From: Promethearchaeota archaeon
GTDB taxonomy: Archaea; Asgardarchaeota; Lokiarchaeia; Sigyniarchaeales; SOKP01
DNA: 14,078 nucleotides
Direction of reading: 5' to 3'
Assembly (NCBI GenBank): GCA_019058015.1
Contig: JAHLWH010000182.1
Coordinates: forward strand, 1 to 14,078
Part shown: piece after piece, positions 7,522 through 14,078 of the stretch
How positions within the stretch are numbered: the first letter of the stretch is position 1
Layout: every line of letters starts with the position of its first letter
Translations under genes and position numbers: made by a program
The notes under the pieces: model-generated
What the model was told of the DNA's origin: nothing
What the model saw: only the letters and a program-made list of their open reading frames with translations
The model's database searches: none

Positions 7522-9804
7522 TTAATTTAAATTCTCATTAATTGCGTCTGATTTATGAAACATCTTATTTATGAGATTATCTGTTTTGTCAAATAAGGGT
7601 TTTAGAATTTGATGTAATTGTTTTTGAATTTCCCATTTCGAAATCGAATTATTCACATTAGAGGTAAATTTTTTGCAAACTTCTTTTGATTTAAGAGTAG
7701 CAATTTTTCCGATTTCGCTTAGATTTTTATGAATTTTATTATTTTCATTGTATTTTTCTATTGAAAACTCTAATGCTTTTTTGAAAATATGGCGTGAGCT
7801 TTTTCTAATTTTGATTTGCTCGGAAAATATTGGAGAATTTAAAATTGCTGTTAAGTAATAAGCTTCATTAATATTAGTTGTATCAAGAAAGCTCAAATCG
7901 CCTGTAATAATATAGTCCCCAGTAATAACTGCTGCGTTTAACATTGAACCTGAATTGTTATACACTACTTTAATATCTGAGAATTGCCTTTTATTTAGCA
8001 ATTTACCCCATCGATTTAAGTTTTCCATTAAGGATTTATGTTTAGTAGTATTTTTTTTATATTTCAAATATTTTTCATTCATTAACTTGTAAAATGATGA
8101 ACCATATTTTGATAAAGACCCTGGGTTCCATGTTAAATTATTTTTCTCAATGGGTAAGAAAACGCTATAGGTATGAAAGATATTAAATTTTACCAATTCA
8201 GTACTTTTTGCACATTTAAAGATATATTTTTTTTCAATAATTTGATTTTGGTATTCTATCTTATTCCAAGGAGATTTTGCTTTTTTGAGAATTCTTTTAT
8301 CCACGTTAATAAGAGCCAATGTATTGGATTTCTTTTTGAACTTTATGAATATAAGATTTCGGGGGTTTAAATCGGCTCCTTTATGAAATAAGTCAAAATA
8401 ATGAGATTTGGCATATGGATACATTTTATTTTTAATTTCTTTTGAAATGAGTTTTTTCACATAAAATTTTCTGCTTTTTTCGACAACTGTATAAGGTACA
8501 TAGATATCTTCCTTCATTTTCACAATTTTAAAACTAGTATTTGATTTTTTAAAATCAAAATGTTCGACGGGTATTTCTCTTTGCTCAAGTTCTTCCCTAC
8601 TTTTATTGTTATTTAGTTTATCTTTAATTGCAAATAAACAAATAAAATCTACATTAAAGATTTTTTTAGTAAATTTCCAGATTTTAATACTTTTAAACCC
8701 ACGGAATGTTCTAAATCGGTCATTATGACTTCCTGTAATAATTCCGGATGTTATTACAAAAAATATTTTACCCTTATTTTTCAAGTAGAGATTACTGCAT
8801 TGATAAAAGAAGATAGCAGATAAATCTAAATTCAGAATATTCTTAGGGGATGGTTTGATTTGTAAATTTTCAACTAGAACCTTTAATTTATTTTGATCTT
8901 CTAAAGATTCTAACGAGCTATATGTTAGCCAAGGTGGATTTCCGATTGTTAAATCGAATTTATTTTTAATATTTTCCCCTGAAAATAGCGAGTCACGTAA
9001 TTCTATATTTATTTTACAATTTGGAATTAAATCTCTGATTAATAAAAACATATTTATTTTGGAGATAAATACTGCAAATGGATTCAAATCGTATCCATAA
9101 ATATTATTAATTGCTGAAATTTGATTCTTTAAGGGGGTATCTTTTGATGTAATATGTTTAATTAGCTCAATAATGAAAGTACCAGAACCACAAGCTGGAT
9201 CTAATACCTTTTCCCCAAAATCATAGGATTTGATAATCATTTTTCTGGCAAGAAAAGAAGGAGTGTAGAACTCTCCTATTAAATGCCTTAAAGAAGCAGA
9301 AACCAATTCTTGATAAATATTATGGAATAAATCCTCTCTGAGAATTTTAATCTTGAGAATTGAATTATAAATAAAATGGAGATTTAAGACCAATTGCTTT
9401 ATCATATCATTTATTTCTTTTGGGTTATTTTCTACATTTGAAAATATCCAATTGCCAAAATTCCGTTCAAAATCACTGAAATCGTTAGAAAAATTATTCA
9501 ATAAACCAAAAATATTTTTTAAATCAATAAGTTCAAATTCAATTTTGCTCAAAACAACTCGGATTAAAATTATTTTTATTAATAAGGTTAAATAAGTGTG
9601 TGTAAGAAATAATTCTTTATTACAGTTCTTCTCACTATAAATTTTGATGAATATATTTTTCCATTCATTAAATTCTTCATTGTTTTGAAGATTATATAAT
9701 CCAAATAGAGAATCTAAGATTTGGTATGTATTTTTAAAAATATCTGAATGTGTTCCAAATAAATGAGCGATTAATTCTCCAGAGAGAGCTCCTATTTCAA
9801 TCAA
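7522..9804 (-). CDS. N6-adenine DNA methyltransferase (gamma class, Type IIG/Eco57I-like MTase plus C-terminal target recognition domain), no recognisable nuclease domain
   Basis: Motif X IGEFYTP, motif I VLDPACGSGTF, motif II IYGYDLNP, motif IV IGNPPW, and C-terminal TRD-like EAYYLTAILNS. TTG start. Confidence 0.9.
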   Translation of the reverse strand: MIEIGALSGELIAHLFGTHSDIFKNTYQILDSLFGLYNLQNNEEFNEWKNIFIKIYSEKNCNKELFLTHTYLTLLIKIILIRVVLSKIEFELIDLKNIFGLLNNFSNDFSDFERNFGNWIFSNVENNPKEINDMIKQLVLNLHFIYNSILKIKILREDLFHNIYQELVSASLRHLIGEFYTPSFLARKMIIKSYDFGEKVLDPACGSGTFIIELIKHITSKDTPLKNQISAINNIYGYDLNPFAVFISKINMFLLIRDLIPNCKINIELRDSLFSGENIKNKFDLTIGNPPWLTYSSLESLEDQNKLKVLVENLQIKPSPKNILNLDLSAIFFYQCSNLYLKNKGKIFFVITSGIITGSHNDRFRTFRGFKSIKIWKFTKKIFNVDFICLFAIKDKLNNNKSREELEQREIPVEHFDFKKSNTSFKIVKMKEDIYVPYTVVEKSRKFYVKKLISKEIKNKMYPYAKSHYFDLFHKGADLNPRNLIFIKFKKKSNTLALINVDKRILKKAKSPWNKIEYQNQIIEKKYIFKCAKSTELVKFNIFHTYSVFLPIEKNNLTWNPGSLSKYGSSFYKLMNEKYLKYKKNTTKHKSLMENLNRWGKLLNKRQFSDIKVVYNNSGSMLNAAVITGDYIITGDLSFLDTTNINEAYYLTAILNSPIFSEQIKIRKSSRHIFKKALEFSIEKYNENNKIHKNLSEIGKIATLKSKEVCKKFTSNVNNSISKWEIQKQLHQILKPLFDKTDNLINKMFHKSDAINENLN

Positions 9805-9894
9805 TAAAAAATCCTTTGACTTTTAGTTTTTATATTAATTATTACTTTTTATTAAGATTTTTATTATTTTTTATTTTATTAATATATAATAACA

Positions 9895-10479
9895 ATGCAA
9901 TTCAAACTCTGCGAATCGGTAATAAATGGATTTAAATTTGGTTGTCAGATATGCGGAAATTGTTGCAAAGGTAAAAAAGAAGGTTATATTTTTATTTACA
10001 AACCTGACTTAGAGAAACTATTTGAATATTTTAAATGTACTACTGAGGCGAAAAAACATGAATTCGCAAAAAAGCATTTAGAGATTATTTCGCAAAATTT
10101 TGTTTATAAAGATAATAATACAGATGTAAAAAAGAACTATTATTATGATACTCTTGTATTTAAGTTAGTTGGAGATAATGAAGAGTGTTGTTTTCTTGGA
10201 GAAAAAAATATGTGTAAAATTTATTCAGGTCGGCCTTTTCAATGCATTTCATATCCAGTTTGGCGGATAATCCTTACTATTAAGAAGAATTGGGATGAAA
10301 ATTTAAAAAAATGTAAAGGAATTAATCACACTAATGGAGAATTTTTCTCTAAAAAAAGGATTTTAGATATTTTAAAGAAAGAATTTCAATTAGAAAAGGA
10401 CTTTTTCTTAGAGATGAAAGCTCATAATTTCAAAATAAAGGAAGTTTATCCATTTTTAGAATATATCAATATAGATTAG
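9895..10479 (+). CDS. YkgJ/UPF0153 family cysteine-cluster protein (CxxCxxCC, putative Zn/Fe-chelating)
   Basis: FGCQICGNCC at the N-terminus and ECCFL...MCKIYSGRPFQCISYP in the second half. Confidence 0.88.
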   Translation: MQFKLCESVINGFKFGCQICGNCCKGKKEGYIFIYKPDLEKLFEYFKCTTEAKKHEFAKKHLEIISQNFVYKDNNTDVKKNYYYDTLVFKLVGDNEECCFLGEKNMCKIYSGRPFQCISYPVWRIILTIKKNWDENLKKCKGINHTNGEFFSKKRILDILKKEFQLEKDFFLEMKAHNFKIKEVYPFLEYINID

Positions 10480-10492
10480 ATTTAGATATTAT

Positions 10493-11191
10493 TTACCATG
10501 GAACTTTCTTTAAATCGAGATAATATGCAACAACATTTGAAAAAATTGCAACTAATGGTGTGGAGATAAAAATAAAAATTATAAAATACCATGGTATGGG
10601 AAAAATCGGATACACAATAATAACTGAGAAAGCAATAAAATCTAATTGATCTATCAAAAAAATTTGTCCGCTTCTTTCTTTTCCCATTCGTCTTTTTATA
10701 AAACTACCAATTAAATCTCCAATTGGTGCCCCTATACTCATAAGGAGGATTCTTAAGAGAAAATTATTAAATTTATCTCTAATTTCTACAAAAAAGAGTA
10801 TATCCTCTTGACTAAAAAGCTTTAAAACAGTTGAGCTAAGTTCAAATCGATATTTTGTAATGTCAGCAAGAGGAAAGTATATAAAAAAGGTAATCAAACA
10901 GATTAAGAAACTAAAAGATATTCCAATAATAATGCCATTCCAAGTTTTTCCATCACCAAGAATTCTCTTGTTAGTGTTTTTCCACATTCTACCTCCATCA
11001 ATAGGATAAAGTTTTACTGGAAATTTTCCAGCAAATGTCATACATGCATTACTGAGAAAAGCTGGTAATAAGCAGAAATATGTCAAACCCAGAAGAACTA
11101 ACCAATCGTAAATTGAAAAAATAAATATAACTAAGCAGAAATGGATAATAAAGAGAATTCCAAAAATAATTATATATCTTTTAAGCCACAT
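10493..11191 (-). CDS. carS: CDP-archaeol synthase (CDP-2,3-bis-O-geranylgeranyl-sn-glycerol synthase)
   Basis: LPAFLSNA, PIDGGR...RILGDGKTWNG, GDLIGSFIKRRMG.ER...LIDQLDF and terminal LKKVPW are characteristic CarS motifs. Confidence 0.93.
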   Translation of the reverse strand: MWLKRYIIIFGILFIIHFCLVIFIFSIYDWLVLLGLTYFCLLPAFLSNACMTFAGKFPVKLYPIDGGRMWKNTNKRILGDGKTWNGIIIGISFSFLICLITFFIYFPLADITKYRFELSSTVLKLFSQEDILFFVEIRDKFNNFLLRILLMSIGAPIGDLIGSFIKRRMGKERSGQIFLIDQLDFIAFSVIIVYPIFPIPWYFIIFIFISTPLVAIFSNVVAYYLDLKKVPW

Positions 11192-11409
11192 AAGATCTTC
11201 TTGCTTTAGATTCGGATCACTAAATATTTTTTCTAAAATAGAATCAAATCCTTTAAGTTATTTGAAGTTATATAAATTTTAATTAAGAATACAATCTAAA
11301 AATTTTATTAATTATTTTTAAAATTAAGTTAATAATATTTAACTATTATAGAAAATAAATTAAATGTTTTATTATTCAAATTATTGTTTATAATTAGAAG
11401 GGGAAAAAT

Positions 11410-13764
11410 TTGAAAATCGGGTTATTCGTCTGCGACTGTGGGTCGAACATCGCTGGAGTATTAGATATTAAGGCTATGTTGGAGCATTTTAAAACATACC
11501 CAGATATCTATGTTTTTGAAGATAAATATTTATGCGCTGAATTGGGATTAAATTTGATTGCGGATGAAATAAAGGAAAATAAAATAGATAGAGTAGTAAT
11601 TGCTGCTTGTTCTTTCAAATTACATGGAGAGATATTTCGGAATTCAATTGAAAAGAGTGGAATCAATAGATATTTGATATCTTTTGCAAATATTCGGGAA
11701 CAAAATTCATGGGTCCATGCAAATGAACCCAAAAGAGCTACACAAAAGGCTATAGACCAAATTGATATGTCGATTGAACGAGTAAAATTATTGGAACCTT
11801 TAACACGAAAAAAGGCAAAAATTACACCTTCGGTATTGATTATTGGGGGAGGTATTGCTGGAATTAAAGCGTCATTACAAATTGCTGATGCGGGATATAA
11901 AGTGTATCTTGTTGAAAAAGAGCCTACGATTGGAGGAAAAATGGCTTTATTTGATAAAACCTTCCCAACTCTAGATTGTAGCATTTGTATTTTAGGACCT
12001 ATAATGGTTGAAGTAAAAGATCATCCAAATATTGAATTATTAACTTATGCAGAAGTAAAAAACGTATCAGGTTATATTGGAAATTTTAAAATAACTATTG
12101 AAAAAAAACCTCGATTTATTTTTGAAGACAAATGTGTTGGGTGCTTTGAGATATGTAGAGAAGTTTGCCCAATTGATGTTGAAGATACTTTTTTCCCAAG
12201 AAAAGCAATAGATGTTTCATATCCACAGGCTATACCATTATTTCCAAATATATTAGAAGAATATTGTATAGGATGTAAAGCATGCGAAATAGCATGTGGA
12301 GAACGGGAAGCAATTAATTTTTCTCAGACTAACGAAACAAAAAAATTTAAAGTTGGTGCAATTATTGTTGCAACGGGATATAAAACATTCGATCCATCAA
12401 TTTTGGGAGAATATAATTATACAAGATATCCTGATATAATTACAGGATTGGAGATGGAAAGATTACTTAATACAGATGGGCCGACTAAGGGAGTGATTTT
12501 AAAACCTTCTGATAGTAGTATTCCAAAACGTATTTCTTTTATATTGTGTGTTGGCTCAAGAAATAAGAAACTAGGTCATGAATATTGTAGCCAAGTTTGT
12601 TGCAATTATTCTGTAAAACAAGCAATTTTAGCTAAAAAACAAATTAAAAATTTAGATATAGTAATATATTATACAGATATTAGAGCCATAGGAAAATTTT
12701 GTGAAGAGTTTTATAATAGGGCGAGAGAAGAATTTCAGGTTAGGTTTATTAAAAGTAATATTTCAACCATTATTAAAAGTGATACAACCAATGAATTATT
12801 AATAAGAGGAGAGAATATTTTAGATGATCATTTATTTGAAAATCCTACAGATTTAGTAGTCTTAGCTGTTGGAATCGAACCAGCTGAAGGAACGGAGGAA
12901 TTGGCACAAACCTTAAATATTTCAACAGATACTTACGGATTTTTATTAGAAAGTCATCTCAAAGTTAGACCTTCAGATTCATCAGTTAAAGGGATTTATA
13001 TTGCAGGAGCAATTCAGTTTCCAAAGGATATTCCGAATAGTATTAGTCAAGCGGAATCTACTGCTTCCAAAACAATTGCTCTTTTAACTAAGGGTGAAAT
13101 AGAAATAGATCCATTAGTTGTGCGATATAACCGTGATTTATGCGATTTATGTCGCTTATGTGAAAATGTCTGTGGATTTAATGCCATTGAGATTAAGGGA
13201 GATAAACTCACTATTATTAACGCTAATTGCGTAGGTTGTGGAGCATGCACAGCTATGTGCCCAAAAAATGCGTTGACTGTTCCAGGATTTACTAAAGAAG
13301 AAATCATAAAACAATTAAAAGTCATAACCGATAAAAAAAAAGAGTCACCTTTAATTGTGACATTTCTTTGTAATTGGTGTTCTTATCTTGGTGCAGACTT
13401 AGCAGGGACAAGTAAAATTCAATATCCAACCAATACTAGGCCAATTCATGTGATGTGTACGGCTATGATTGACCCCGCTTTAGTTTTTGAAGCTTTATTC
13501 AATGGTGCAGATGGCGTTTTAATAGCCGGTTGCCATCCTCAAGATTGCCATTATAAAACAGGATTCATTAGAGCAGAAAATAGATATGAAAGTATAATTT
13601 CAATGCTCGAAGAATTAAAAATAAATAATAATAGGGTTAAAATAATAAGTATTTCTGCAGGAGAAAGCCAAAAATATGCTGATACGATTAAAGAATTTTC
13701 TGAAACCCTTAAAAACTTAGGTCCAATATCTAAAGATCTTAAAAATGTTAAAAAATATGAATAA
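11410..13764 (+). CDS. hdrA: Heterodisulfide reductase subunit A (flavin-based electron bifurcation) fused to a C-terminal MvhD/FlpD [2Fe-2S] domain
   Basis: IGLFVCDCGSNIAG, RVVIAACS, ANIREQNSWVH, FAD-binding IGGGIAG, FDKTFPTLDCSICILGP, CVGSR...YCSQVCC and two ferredoxin-type Cys pairs. The MvhD domain starts near 13350 with FLCNWCSY.GAD.AG...GADGVLIAGCHPQDCHY. TTG start with purine-rich GAAGGGG upstream. Confidence 0.95.
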   Translation: MKIGLFVCDCGSNIAGVLDIKAMLEHFKTYPDIYVFEDKYLCAELGLNLIADEIKENKIDRVVIAACSFKLHGEIFRNSIEKSGINRYLISFANIREQNSWVHANEPKRATQKAIDQIDMSIERVKLLEPLTRKKAKITPSVLIIGGGIAGIKASLQIADAGYKVYLVEKEPTIGGKMALFDKTFPTLDCSICILGPIMVEVKDHPNIELLTYAEVKNVSGYIGNFKITIEKKPRFIFEDKCVGCFEICREVCPIDVEDTFFPRKAIDVSYPQAIPLFPNILEEYCIGCKACEIACGEREAINFSQTNETKKFKVGAIIVATGYKTFDPSILGEYNYTRYPDIITGLEMERLLNTDGPTKGVILKPSDSSIPKRISFILCVGSRNKKLGHEYCSQVCCNYSVKQAILAKKQIKNLDIVIYYTDIRAIGKFCEEFYNRAREEFQVRFIKSNISTIIKSDTTNELLIRGENILDDHLFENPTDLVVLAVGIEPAEGTEELAQTLNISTDTYGFLLESHLKVRPSDSSVKGIYIAGAIQFPKDIPNSISQAESTASKTIALLTKGEIEIDPLVVRYNRDLCDLCRLCENVCGFNAIEIKGDKLTIINANCVGCGACTAMCPKNALTVPGFTKEEIIKQLKVITDKKKESPLIVTFLCNWCSYLGADLAGTSKIQYPTNTRPIHVMCTAMIDPALVFEALFNGADGVLIAGCHPQDCHYKTGFIRAENRYESIISMLEELKINNNRVKIISISAGESQKYADTIKEFSETLKNLGPISKDLKNVKKYE

Positions 13765-13769
13765 AAATT

Positions 13770-13934
13770 ATGCAAAACAAATCTATTTCTTATACAATAA
13801 TAGCAAACCTTCTGTGGAGTTTCATCCCCATTGTTGTTTTAGATTTATTTAATGAAATTTCCGTTCTTATGGTTGTTTTTTTAAGATTTTTTGTGTCTGG
13901 AATTATTTTTGTTAATTATTGCAATAATGCTTAG
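13770..13934 (+). pseudogene. N-terminal fragment of an EamA/DMT family transporter
   Basis: Manual translation MQNKSISYTIIANLLWSFIPIVVLDLFNEISVLMVVFLRFFVSGII matches the EamA TM1 'LLWS' and TM2 'xxLRF' pattern. The hydrophobic helix continues in the +1 frame (LLIIAIML) after the T5 run at 13906-13910, while the original frame stops at TAG 13932-13934. Confidence 0.62.
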
Positions 13935-14078
13935 ATATGTTCATGAAAAAACTAGTAAGATAAATGCTTATTTATTATTAAGCAGAAATAAGGTATCCTC
14001 AAAGAAATTAGTTATTAAATTATTAAAAATTAATGGAATTTATGGTGTTGATTCATTAATTGGAACATATGATCTAAT
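13927..14078 (+). CDS. Lrp/AsnC ligand-binding (RAM) domain-like protein, partial (runs off the window)
   Basis: MLRYVHEKTSKINAYLLLSRNKVSSKKLVIKLLKINGIYGVDSLIGTYDL resembles the pattern AY.L.....L..I.GV..V..V.G.YDL of Lrp/AsnC C-terminal domains. Open to the window end. Confidence 0.55.
   Translation, partial: MLRYVHEKTSKINAYLLLSRNKVSSKKLVIKLLKINGIYGVDSLIGTYDL

Noticed and set aside
8173-8370. 65-aa + strand ORF
   Set aside because: Lies antisense within the N6-MTase and has no independent support.
9750-9935. 61-aa + strand ORF
   Set aside because: Spans an AT-rich divergent promoter gap and overlaps both neighbouring genes; low-complexity translation.
11508-13775. Three minus-strand ORFs (11508-11984, 13047-13325, 13551-13775)
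   Set aside because: Antisense shadows of the well-supported hdrA-mvhD gene.
1-14078. CRISPR array, tRNA or rRNA genes
   Set aside because: No regularly spaced repeats, cloverleaf with T-arm consensus, or rRNA-like sequence was seen by eye. The intergenic gaps are short and AT-rich.

Overview
Very AT-rich archaeal DNA. The CarS archaeal lipid enzyme and the HdrA-MvhD fusion show it is archaeal, and the gene content suggests an Asgard/Lokiarchaeia-like organism (inference, not verified). The left half is a decaying membrane/lipid-glycosylation neighbourhood: two ICMT/PEMT-family methyltransferases, a DPM1-like GT2, two GT87/DUF2029-like GT-C proteins and a PAP2 phosphatase. The right half carries a solitary N6-adenine DNA methyltransferase, a YkgJ-family Cys-cluster protein, carS and an orphan hdrA-mvhD fusion. 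Several elements are missing from the ORF track: an ISL3-like transposase N-terminus (1-168); a start-less C5 DNA methyltransferase C-terminal half in frame behind the GT2 stop (1750-2154); the broken 5' part of the second GT87 (to 5182); the ICMT tail beyond a premature TAA (to 7140); and an EamA fragment running into an Lrp/AsnC-like domain at the right edge. The best novelty candidate is a ~128-nt GC-enriched intergenic element (7294-7421) that folds by eye into a three-way junction with alternative pairings, which could be an undescribed structured ncRNA or mobile-element RNA.
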